In this document: piece by piece, positions 7,721 to 14,225 of the stretch
Numbering within the stretch: position 1 is the stretch's first letter
Layout of the letters: the number at the start of each line of letters is the position of its first letter
Sequence record: MK448806.1
DNA length: 24,000 bases
DNA from: Streptococcus phage Javan565
Reading direction: 5' to 3' (one strand)
The notes under the pieces: model-generated
What the model was told of the DNA's origin: nothing
Databases searched by the model: none
The model's input: the letters and a program-made list of their open reading frames with translations, nothing else
Made by a program: the position numbers and the translations under genes

Positions 7721-7912
7721 TTGAAGAAGAGGGTACAGATTACACTTACGAAAGATGAGTATGAACATTTGGTTGCACTCAGTGAATATTCAGGTTGTTA
7801 TACATTATCCAGAACATTAAAACATGCATTAGATGCAGAAATTAAAAAACATGAATGTAACGACACTTTTAAAAATTACCTTGAAGATGTTAGGAGGAGA
7901 AATGAATACTGA
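7721..7912 (+). CDS. Small ribbon-helix-helix-like protein (63 aa)
   Basis: TTG start after AAGGAGAG; MKKRVQITLTKDEYEHLVALSEYSGCYTLSRTLKHALDAEI resembles RHH. Confidence 0.6.
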   Translation: MKKRVQITLTKDEYEHLVALSEYSGCYTLSRTLKHALDAEIKKHECNDTFKNYLEDVRRRNEY

Positions 7913-8291
7913 GTTAATGAATGAACTAAAAGAACTGCTCGGCTTATTTCCAAGGTCATTTATAAATGCGAACCTGGAAGTGATACTGATCCCAAAGACA
8001 AACACGTATTTTAGTTTGGAAGGAGTACAATCACGAAGAGACATCATATCGAAATTATTAATGTGGTGCAGTAGACCAATAGTAAAAGGTCAACCGTTTC
8101 GTAGTCAGAAAAGGAATAACTTATTTAGAGAAGTTATCAAAAAATCTTTTAATTACTACTTAGGAACACTCTTTTCAGATGAAGATATGGCTTTGATTTA
8201 TCAAAGATTAGGCAATGGAATCAATCCAGAATTGACCTTTAGATTTATTGATAGTGGGTTTGATATGGAGGTGTTGGATGATGAGACCTAA
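7902..8291 (+). CDS. Unknown phage protein (129 aa)
   Basis: TTAGGAGGAGAA ATG; MNTELMNELKELLGLFPRSFINANLEVILIPKTNTYFSLEGVQSRRDIISKLLMWCSRPIVKG... Confidence 0.72.
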   Translation: MNTELMNELKELLGLFPRSFINANLEVILIPKTNTYFSLEGVQSRRDIISKLLMWCSRPIVKGQPFRSQKRNNLFREVIKKSFNYYLGTLFSDEDMALIYQRLGNGINPELTFRFIDSGFDMEVLDDET

Positions 8292-8445
8292 ACGTTACCC
8301 GTATACTCTTTCGCAGTATGAAGTAGAGGAGGAAAGAATTTTTAGAAGTGAAGAAATGATTGCGAAAGTATATAAGCTAAGAAATAGATTTACTAGAAAA
8401 ATCAAACATGATTGGATTGAATGGAGGACAGGATTTAATGACTAA
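8281..8445 (+). CDS. Small phage protein with MRPKRYPY N-terminus (54 aa)
   Basis: ATG after GGAGGTGTTGG; MRPKRYPYTLSQYEVEEERIFRSEEMIAKVYKLRNRFTRKIKHDWIEWRTGFND. Confidence 0.72.
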   Translation: MRPKRYPYTLSQYEVEEERIFRSEEMIAKVYKLRNRFTRKIKHDWIEWRTGFND

Positions 8446-8956
8446 ACTTATTGGATTCGGGCGTTGCCTCGGAAAAACTACAATGGCTATTTTGGAAAGT
8501 CATGCGACAGGACATTATATTGTCTGTGCTAACCGTAGGATGGCTGATGATACTTTTAGGTTTGCAAAACAGCTTGGCTATACTATTCCTTTTCCGCTAT
8601 CTGTCTCAGATACACGATTTAGATTTCCAGATGGTCGTAAATATTCGGATGAACCAGTAATTATTGACAACGTTGAAATGGTTTTACAATCCTTGTTAGG
8701 GTGTCCAGTTGAAACCATCACATTCAATAGTCCACATGTGATCACTGAAAAGGATCGATACGATGAAGAAATCGCTGAGCTGAAAAAGGAGTTGGCAGCT
8801 TGTTATCGAGAGAAGGAAGAAGACCAGGTTGCCATTGAGACCCTAAAAGACAAATGCGTGGACCTCATGCTCGAAAATGCCGACTATGTCTGGGACGAAA
8901 TAGCTAGAGAAACAGCCAAGAAAAGAGCTAATAAGAGAAAATGGAGGGCGAAATGA
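8438..8956 (+). CDS. Unknown phage protein with degenerate P-loop-like N-terminus
   Basis: ATGGAGGACAGGATTTA ATG; MTKLIGFGRCLGKTTMAILESHATGHYIVCANRRMADD...; C-terminal coiled coil. Confidence 0.65.
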   Translation: MTKLIGFGRCLGKTTMAILESHATGHYIVCANRRMADDTFRFAKQLGYTIPFPLSVSDTRFRFPDGRKYSDEPVIIDNVEMVLQSLLGCPVETITFNSPHVITEKDRYDEEIAELKKELAACYREKEEDQVAIETLKDKCVDLMLENADYVWDEIARETAKKRANKRKWRAK

Positions 8957-9216
8957 TTACAATTCAGCTTGATGAAGAGTTATTGACAGCACTTATTTTT
9001 GCAGCGGCTCAAAGCTCATGCGGTTTCAATCAAAACACTTTGCAGGAGAATCAGTTGTGGCATTTACATTGTTGTGACTATAACGAGCCAGTCTATGAAG
9101 TAGCAAAGCAAATCAACCTTGATGACATTCAAGACGAAAGCTACAGAGCCTATTTTCAAGAAGTAAAGGCTAAAGGTGATAAATATTATTCGGAGGTAGA
9201 AGAGAATGAAAAATAA
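8953..9216 (+). CDS. Unknown phage protein (87 aa)
   Basis: ATGGAGGGCGAA ATG; MITIQLDEELLTALIFAAAQSSCGF...; SD favours 8953 over 8941. Confidence 0.68.
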   Translation: MITIQLDEELLTALIFAAAQSSCGFNQNTLQENQLWHLHCCDYNEPVYEVAKQINLDDIQDESYRAYFQEVKAKGDKYYSEVEENEK

Positions 9217-9601
9217 AATTAAATTAGTATTAACAACTATTGGAGCAATTGGAATATTAGCTGGATGTTCTGATCAAGCTGATGTTGTTCGACATAACTT
9301 ATCGGAAGAGGCAGATAACTTCAACGTAGTACGAAAGGTAACAGTCTTGAATGCAATCACAAATGATGTGATGTTCGAGATGAGCGGGCGGATGTCGATT
9401 GTAGCAGACACGACAGATAATCAACTGGAAATTTTGGTCGAAACTGCCGATGAGGAATATCAAAAACATATCATCGGACTATCTGATAACGTGTCTTATG
9501 TAGTCCAGGATGTAAAAACAAAGGATGTGTCGAATTACGACTACACTATCAACTTCAATCCGAAGATGTGGTTGCCGCTGGAAGTTAAGACCGTGGATTA
9601 G
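9206..9601 (+). CDS. Phage beta-sandwich-type lipoprotein
   Basis: MKNKIKLVLTTIGAIGILAGCSDQADVVRHNLSEEADNFNVVRKVTVLNAITNDVMFEMSGRMSIVAD...; LAGC lipobox. Confidence 0.8.
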   Translation: MKNKIKLVLTTIGAIGILAGCSDQADVVRHNLSEEADNFNVVRKVTVLNAITNDVMFEMSGRMSIVADTTDNQLEILVETADEEYQKHIIGLSDNVSYVVQDVKTKDVSNYDYTINFNPKMWLPLEVKTVD

Positions 9602-9609
9602 AAGGAACT

Positions 9610-9696
9610 ATGATTTTACTTGAAATTATTAAATTTTTAGCACGTCAGTGGGTTGAAGTTATTACCCAGGGGGATGTGATTACAAATCAAGAGTAA
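9610..9696 (+). CDS. Very small hydrophobic peptide (28 aa)
   Basis: GAAGGAACT ATG; MILLEIIKFLARQWVEVITQGDVITNQE. Confidence 0.35.
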   Translation: MILLEIIKFLARQWVEVITQGDVITNQE

Positions 9697-9699
9697 CAC

Positions 9700-9722
9700 A
9701 AAAAAGGCCAGCGATTGCTGCC
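9700..9722 (-). terminator. Intrinsic terminator-like hairpin reading on the minus strand
   Basis: Minus GGCAGCAATCGCTGGCC followed by TTTTTTG. Confidence 0.45.
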
Positions 9723-9774
9723 CTCATCTATGCCAATTTTCAACTACATTATACCATAGAAATGGAGGAAAGCA

Positions 9775-10335
9775 ATGAAAAGTGTTGAGCCGATACGTGA
9801 TAAAGACGACATTGAGCGGATGAAGGATTTTATGGAAAGTTGGAATCAAAGGAATTTTCTGCTCTTTGTCTTTGGTTTAAATTCTGGATTGAGAATTAGT
9901 GATTTATTAAAGTTAAAGGTCCGGGATGTGTTAGATTCACATGTCGTTATAAAGGAACAAAAGACTGGTAAACAGAGGAAATTTATTATTAACAATTATT
10001 TAAGAAGACAAATTGACAAATATATCAAAGCTAAAGGTTTAAAACCGTATGACTATCTTTTTGAAAGTAACAAGAGAGATAGTAACGGTAAGAAAAGGCC
10101 AATTGGCAGGGAACAAGCTTGGAAAATACTTAATAAATGCGCAAAGGCTTGTGGTTTAAAAAGGATTGGTACTCACTCGTTAAGAAAGACTTTTGGTTAT
10201 CATATGTATAAGAAAGACCATAATGTAGCGCTATTGATGGAAATATTTAATCATGCATCACCAGATATCACATTACGATATATTTGTATTACCCAGGATG
10301 AAACAGATGAGGCAATGTTTGGATTTAGCATTTAA
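9775..10335 (+). CDS. Tyrosine recombinase/integrase-like protein (catalytic domain only)
   Basis: GLNSGLRISDLLKLKVRDV (Arg I), GTHSLRKTFGYHMYKK (H-x-x-R), NHASPDITLRYICI (His/Tyr); 186 aa with no core-binding domain. Confidence 0.9.
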   Translation: MKSVEPIRDKDDIERMKDFMESWNQRNFLLFVFGLNSGLRISDLLKLKVRDVLDSHVVIKEQKTGKQRKFIINNYLRRQIDKYIKAKGLKPYDYLFESNKRDSNGKKRPIGREQAWKILNKCAKACGLKRIGTHSLRKTFGYHMYKKDHNVALLMEIFNHASPDITLRYICITQDETDEAMFGFSI

Positions 10336-10428
10336 TTTTTTTTAAAAAAGTTATAAAAAGAAACATATCGAAAAAATGTTGCATCGCATTTTGACAAAAT
10401 AACGTTGAAGCCTTGCAGAATATAGCGA

Positions 10429-10893
10429 TTGGGCCTATTTATCAAAAGGAAACAGAATATAAGATATGTTGCTTTTTTTGGGGGGAAAAGTAGAAGTGGA
10501 GGAATAGAAAAGAAAGTGGATAAAATATGTCTAGATGGAGATGTGTATGAGCCGCATACAGTTAAACTTACGATGAATGACGATAAGAATACTGCTTATT
10601 TTAATTATTCCGAAGATCATTTTTGGGAATTTATTGAATCTTGTATAGTGGCCTATAAATTAGTATTTGGAAATCCGTCTAAAAACAGCGGACAACAACT
10701 GACTGCTGAAGACTCTCAAAAAATGAGTCACATAATTGCAAAGAATCTTGAAGAAACTGCAAAAGAGATAAAATTACATCAAGAATTTCAAAAAAGGTTT
10801 AATATCCCAACTCGCAGTTTTGATGATATTAAGGCAGAGCACCCTTTACTGTCGAAAAAAACAAAATTTCTAGGAGGGCTTGATGAACATTGA
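10429..10893 (+). CDS. Unknown phage protein; start uncertain
   Basis: Open frame ending AEHPLLSKKTKFLGGLDEH; TTG start at 10429 lacks a clear SD. Confidence 0.6.
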   Translation: MGLFIKRKQNIRYVAFFGGKSRSGGIEKKVDKICLDGDVYEPHTVKLTMNDDKNTAYFNYSEDHFWEFIESCIVAYKLVFGNPSKNSGQQLTAEDSQKMSHIIAKNLEETAKEIKLHQEFQKRFNIPTRSFDDIKAEHPLLSKKTKFLGGLDEH

Positions 10894-11251
10894 ACAAAGA
10901 CTAAAGAAGCTGAAGCGTTTTGAGATACTTGTACGCTCCAAACAACGTGAGCGAAATGAGCTCGGCAGCATGATTTCGCAATTTTGCGATGAGATGACCG
11001 AAAAGGCAAAGAATCGTTGCAGAGCTATTGACGACGAAATTAGCTGGCTATACGACGAGCGGGAGCAATTAGTCCATGATATTGAGCATTTGGATGATCC
11101 CGTTGAGTCAATTGTGTTACGACTGTACTATGTAGATAATAAACCTTGGAACGTGATTGCATACGACATGAACTGTAGTATCAGAACATTGCAGAACATT
11201 AAGCGATCGGCAATCCGGAATCTTAGTAAAAAAATAAACCAAGTCGAATGA
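10883..11251 (+). CDS. Sigma-70 region 4-like / DUF1492-type late transcriptional regulator
   Basis: MNIEQRLKKLKRFEILVRSKQRERNELGSMISQF...DPVESIVLRLYYVDNKPWNVIAYDMNCSIRTLQNIKRSAIRNLSKKI; C-terminal HTH; CTAGGAGGGCTTG upstream. Confidence 0.78.
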   Translation: MNIEQRLKKLKRFEILVRSKQRERNELGSMISQFCDEMTEKAKNRCRAIDDEISWLYDEREQLVHDIEHLDDPVESIVLRLYYVDNKPWNVIAYDMNCSIRTLQNIKRSAIRNLSKKINQVE

Positions 11252-11259
11252 CTTGGTTT
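11236..11259. terminator. Convergent-gene terminator
   Basis: Perfect 10-bp inverted repeat AAACCAAGTC-GAAT-GACTTGGTTT; TTTT on plus, ATTTTTTT on minus. Confidence 0.75.
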
Positions 11260-11267
11260 TATAATAC

Positions 11268-11576
11268 TCAGTTAATTTCTAAGAAATGATGAACACTGTC
11301 AAAATTCGAATAATCCGCAAGTTCCCAGGCTGTACAATAGATGATGTCTTCAGTTAATTCGTCGACTTCTTTTCTAAGCATAATCTCGGCTAACCATGTA
11401 TAGATAAATGCGTTGCCAACATGTCCCTTGCTATATGCTTTGAGGGCAGAAGATAGACCGATAAAATCGCCTTCATCTTCAAATTCTATAGCATCTTTGA
11501 TGTCAAAATTTTCAATAGTTGCAATAAGCGCATCTGTAGCACTTGCGAATGTTTTGTTAAATAATGTTACTGTCAT
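11268..11576 (-). CDS. Accessory-island protein of unknown function (102 aa)
   Basis: Minus ORF MTVTLFNKTFASATDALIATIENFDIKDAIEFEDEGDF...; CTTGGAGGAAAATATC upstream of ATG. Confidence 0.78.
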   Translation of the reverse strand: MTVTLFNKTFASATDALIATIENFDIKDAIEFEDEGDFIGLSSALKAYSKGHVGNAFIYTWLAEIMLRKEVDELTEDIIYCTAWELADYSNFDSVHHFLEIN

Positions 11577-11665
11577 GATATTTTCCTCCAAGGCTTTTGC
11601 CCTATTTATTTTTTAAATGACTAGCAAGCCCTTGCAAGCCTGCCGACAGTTTTAACTGTATAGCC

Positions 11666-11833
11666 TTATTGATTTTTGAGATGTGCTAATGGCACTTGGA
11701 TGTATTTGTAGACCAGATGGCTTGCTAACGTTTCTTGGTATGTGCTACCATCTTCAAAAGTGGTAGTAACTGGGATTTGACTGATGCCGAGTAGTGTGAT
11801 AATGATGATTGTGATTGTGATTGCTTTTTTCAT
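11666..11833 (-). CDS. Small membrane or secreted peptide (55 aa) in accessory island
   Basis: MKKAITITIIIITLLGISQIPVTTTFEDGSTYQETLASHLVYKYIQVPLAHLKNQ; AGAAAGAGGCAACAAA upstream of ATG. Confidence 0.65.
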   Translation of the reverse strand: MKKAITITIIIITLLGISQIPVTTTFEDGSTYQETLASHLVYKYIQVPLAHLKNQ

Positions 11834-11847
11834 TTTGTTGCCTCTTT

Positions 11848-12069
11848 CTACAAAATAATTGCTTGTGCTAACTTGCGGTTTACATGTCCGACTTTTTGCC
11901 AAATATCGCCAACAACAAAGCCATTACAGTCTCGTTTGATATCGCTGTAAGATACCTTGACAAATATTTCAGTCTCATTTGTTTCTTGATTCCACGCAAT
12001 GCGATAGCCTTGCGAGATTAATTCTTTGATTAATTTATTGTTTGCTTTAATGTTTTCTAGATTTGTCAT
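11848..12069 (-). CDS. Accessory-island protein (73 aa)
   Basis: MTNLENIKANNKLIKELISQGYRIAWNQETNETEIFVKVSYSD...; AAAAAGAGGGAAATATC upstream. Confidence 0.75.
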   Translation of the reverse strand: MTNLENIKANNKLIKELISQGYRIAWNQETNETEIFVKVSYSDIKRDCNGFVVGDIWQKVGHVNRKLAQAIIL

Positions 12070-12126
12070 GATATTTCCCTCTTTTTGTTTTTTGATAAAT
12101 TGAGCCGCCGTTTAGACGGCTCTGGA

Positions 12127-12567
12127 TTAATGTGCTTCAAGTGTTGCCAAGCCGTAAGCAATGTCATAAGCGCTTGCCACTGTGTTACCCTTTCGAAAAG
12201 CGTCAGGATTTTCTGGGCTTCTGACAGTCCACTCGCCATGACTGTTATATTTACCACAATTTGAGTAAAAAGTTGCCACAAAAATATATTCACCGTTTTC
12301 AATACGAACTTCTTTGCCTGTTTTGATTTCTTCGAATAACTTGCTAGCTTCATCCATTTTTGAGTTGACTAATTCGCTAAATGCATCATAATCATACTCA
12401 ACATTATAAGGGGAGATGCCTAGCTCTTTCTTGAGTAATTGAGCTACTTCGTAGCAGCAGATTGTGACATCTTTGATAGTGATGTAGCCGTCTCTTGCGG
12501 AGATTTTTTGAGTTTTATATCCGTTGTTTTTCAAGACTTGTTTGATTTCTTTAGCTGTGTATTTCAT
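12127..12567 (-). CDS. Accessory-island protein (146 aa)
   Basis: MKYTAKEIKQVLKNNGYKTQKISARDGYITIKDVTICCYEVAQLL...; GAAAGAAGGTATATACC upstream of ATG. Confidence 0.8.
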   Translation of the reverse strand: MKYTAKEIKQVLKNNGYKTQKISARDGYITIKDVTICCYEVAQLLKKELGISPYNVEYDYDAFSELVNSKMDEASKLFEEIKTGKEVRIENGEYIFVATFYSNCGKYNSHGEWTVRSPENPDAFRKGNTVASAYDIAYGLATLEAH

Positions 12568-12588
12568 GGTATATACCTTCTTTCTATG

Positions 12589-13014
12589 TTAGTGTTGGCT
12601 TCTGTAAGGGTTGTTCATTTCATCTTCTGCTTGTTTATACATTCCTTCCGCAAAACGGTCTGCAATTCGGCATGATGCGCTGGAATAGCTGTTTAAAGTG
12701 ATGCAATATTCTGAACCGTCTTTCATGTAGCATTGAGTTTTTTTATTTTTTAAAATAGTTCCTTTGTCGTATCCGTTTAACTTTTCGATTGTTATAGTTT
12801 TGGCTGTTACTTTGATGACTTTATAAAAATCGTAGTTAGTTTGGTCATATCCCCATGTTGAGCAAAGCACATCACCAACTAGCGCGCCGTGTTGATTGAT
12901 ACTTGTTTCAACTTTGATTTTTGTTTTTGCTGGTTTCAAGCTCGCTTGGCGCTTAGCGTTAAAGGCTTTAATACGTTCGTTCATTGCGATTAATTCGGGT
13001 GTTAAGTTTGTCAT
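12589..13014 (-). CDS. Accessory-island protein with CSTWGYDQTNYDFYKVIKV motif (141 aa)
   Basis: Contains VGDVLCSTWGYDQTNYDFYKVIKVTAKTITIEKL, a motif I recall from mobile-element proteins of unknown function; GAAAGAAGGTATATATC upstream of ATG. Confidence 0.8.
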   Translation of the reverse strand: MTNLTPELIAMNERIKAFNAKRQASLKPAKTKIKVETSINQHGALVGDVLCSTWGYDQTNYDFYKVIKVTAKTITIEKLNGYDKGTILKNKKTQCYMKDGSEYCITLNSYSSASCRIADRFAEGMYKQAEDEMNNPYRSQH

Positions 13015-13046
13015 GATATATACCTTCTTTCTTTTTTTGAGGTACT

Positions 13047-13083
13047 AAAAAAGTACCTGATGGGGTTTACTAATCAGGTACTT
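13047..13083 (-). terminator. Leader terminator/attenuator upstream of the 13014 gene
   Basis: Minus AAGTACCTGAT-(11 nt)-ATCAGGTACTT, perfect 11-bp stem running into TTTTTT. Confidence 0.65.
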
Positions 13084-13094
13084 CATGATATACT
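13066..13094 (+). promoter_or_regulatory. Possible plus-strand promoter for a small counter-transcript
   Basis: TTTACT (13066-13071), 17-nt spacer, TATACT (13089-13094). Confidence 0.4.
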
Positions 13095-13100
13095 ATGTAT

Positions 13101-13187
13101 ACCTTGCTAGTACCTTGGTATTAGTATGGGCTTTCAGCTCTTAACGTGTCAGGTCGCCAAACTAGTCACGTTAGGGGCTTTTTTTAT
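13101..13187 (+). ncRNA. Candidate small RNA antisense to leader of minus-strand operon
   Basis: Follows a plausible promoter and ends in a strong plus-strand terminator (13136-13186). Confidence 0.4.
13136..13186 (+). terminator. Intrinsic terminator
   Basis: AGCTCTTAACGTG (13136-13148) pairs with CACGTTAGGGGCT (13167-13179) with G-U pairs, then TTTTTTT. Confidence 0.65.
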
Positions 13188-13201
13188 TTCTTTATGGTTT
13201 G

Positions 13202-13230
13202 AGTATAACATAGTTCGTGCACCATGTCAA
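13202..13230 (-). promoter_or_regulatory. Promoter P2 of accessory island with embedded operator
   Basis: Minus TTGACA (13225-13230), 17 nt, TATACT (13202-13207); spacer region holds ACATAGTTCGTGCACCATGT (13208-13227, plus). Confidence 0.8.
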
Positions 13231-13248
13231 GAAAAAAGATAAATTTTT

Positions 13249-13455
13249 TTAAAAATTTTCTCTTCTCTCTTTTATAAGTATTTCCAATTCATCTAAATCC
13301 TCGGGTTTAGCGTGTTTTCTGATAAAACTTCGGGCAGTTCCGCGAGAAGATAAATAAGTACGATGTTTTCTATTATCTTCATCGCTCAGCCATCTTTTTG
13401 TCGCTTCACGCTGTTGGGCTTGCGTTGCGTATCCCTTCCGCTTTTTTTCTTGCAT
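13249..13455 (-). CDS. Small basic accessory protein (68 aa)
   Basis: MQEKKRKGYATQAQQREATKRWLSDEDNRKHRTYLSSRGTARSFIRKHAKPEDLDELEILIKERRENF; CAAAGGAGGTACCAAA upstream of ATG. Confidence 0.78.
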   Translation of the reverse strand: MQEKKRKGYATQAQQREATKRWLSDEDNRKHRTYLSSRGTARSFIRKHAKPEDLDELEILIKERRENF

Positions 13456-13524
13456 TTTGGTACCTCCTTTGCTATAATAAATTCAAGGGAAAGGGCTGAG
13501 GCTTTGAGCCATCGCCCTAGAAGA

Positions 13525-13647
13525 TTAGAAGATGAGTTTGATAAGTTCTAGAACTGTTTTAATCATTCCAGCGACGGCTATCGCTAGCTTGATAAGTTCT
13601 GACTTGTCAAGCTCTTTTCTTCTATGCTTGTCTTTTCGACTTTGCAT
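13525..13647 (-). CDS. 40-aa peptide, basic N-terminus plus hydrophobic/amphipathic C-terminus
   Basis: MQSRKDKHRRKELDKSELIKLAIAVAGMIKTVLELIKLIF; AGAAAGGGGGTAGAAGAA ATG; first ORF after P1. Below track cutoff. Confidence 0.65.
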   Translation of the reverse strand: MQSRKDKHRRKELDKSELIKLAIAVAGMIKTVLELIKLIF

Positions 13648-13717
13648 TTCTTCTACCCCCTTTCTACCCTTGATTAGCAGGGGGATTTCGAAAGTCTGTC
13701 ACCCTTTCGATGTTTCA

Positions 13718-13746
13718 AGTGTAACATAGTGCATGCACTATGTCAA
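13718..13746 (-). promoter_or_regulatory. Promoter P1 of accessory island with perfect palindromic operator
   Basis: Minus TTGACA (13741-13746), 17 nt, TACACT (13718-13723); perfect 20-bp palindrome ACATAGTGCATGCACTATGT at 13724-13743. Confidence 0.85.
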
Positions 13747-13850
13747 GTGTTTTTATAAAAAAATTTAAAAAATTTTTTCGAACCACTCAGAAACCGCATA
13801 AAATCAATATTTTAGCCCGATAAATTTTTTTTGAAAATATCAAACTTTTG

Positions 13851-13880
13851 CGCAAATTTACCAAATTTGCGCTTTTTTTG
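13851..13880 (+). terminator. Perfect hairpin + T-tract upstream of HNH
   Basis: GCGCAAATTT-ACC-AAATTTGCGC then TTTTTTT. Confidence 0.55.
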
Positions 13881-13898
13881 CGTTCTAATAGTAGCAAG

Positions 13899-14174
13899 AT
13901 GAAATCAAATCCATTTTATAAAACATACAAATGGCAACAGAAAAGACTTGAAGCACTAAAACGAGACAAGTATAGATGTGTCTGGTGCTACGAAGCTGGC
14001 AAACTGACAACAAGACGCTTAGAGGTTGACCATATAGAAGAATTGGAAAAGAATCCAGATAAAGCGCTAGACCTGACAAACCTTAGAACCTTGTGTAAAG
14101 ACTGTCATAATAAGCGCCACAATCGATTCAAATCAAGTAAAAAGCAATGGAATGATGAGCAATTTGAATGGTAA
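13899..14174 (+). CDS. HNH endonuclease
   Basis: YKCVWC-type CxxC, LEVDHIEELEKNPDKALDLTNLRTLCKDCHNKRH. Track start 13848 would begin inside the hairpin. Confidence 0.9.
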   Translation: MKSNPFYKTYKWQQKRLEALKRDKYRCVWCYEAGKLTTRRLEVDHIEELEKNPDKALDLTNLRTLCKDCHNKRHNRFKSSKKQWNDEQFEW

Positions 14175-14225
14175 ATTGACATAGTTGTAAACGTTAATGC
14201 GAAACGTTCGGAAATTAAACGCACA

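Noticed and set aside
13848-13898. N-terminal extension of the HNH ORF given by the track (TTG 13848, MRKFTKFALFLRSNSSK...)
   Set aside because: It would translate a perfect hairpin/T-run; ATG 13899 gives the usual compact HNH size.
14177-14200. TTGACATAG... after HNH as a third copy of the island promoter/operator
   Set aside because: Only the TTGACATAG half matches; no -10 at 17 nt and no second palindrome half.
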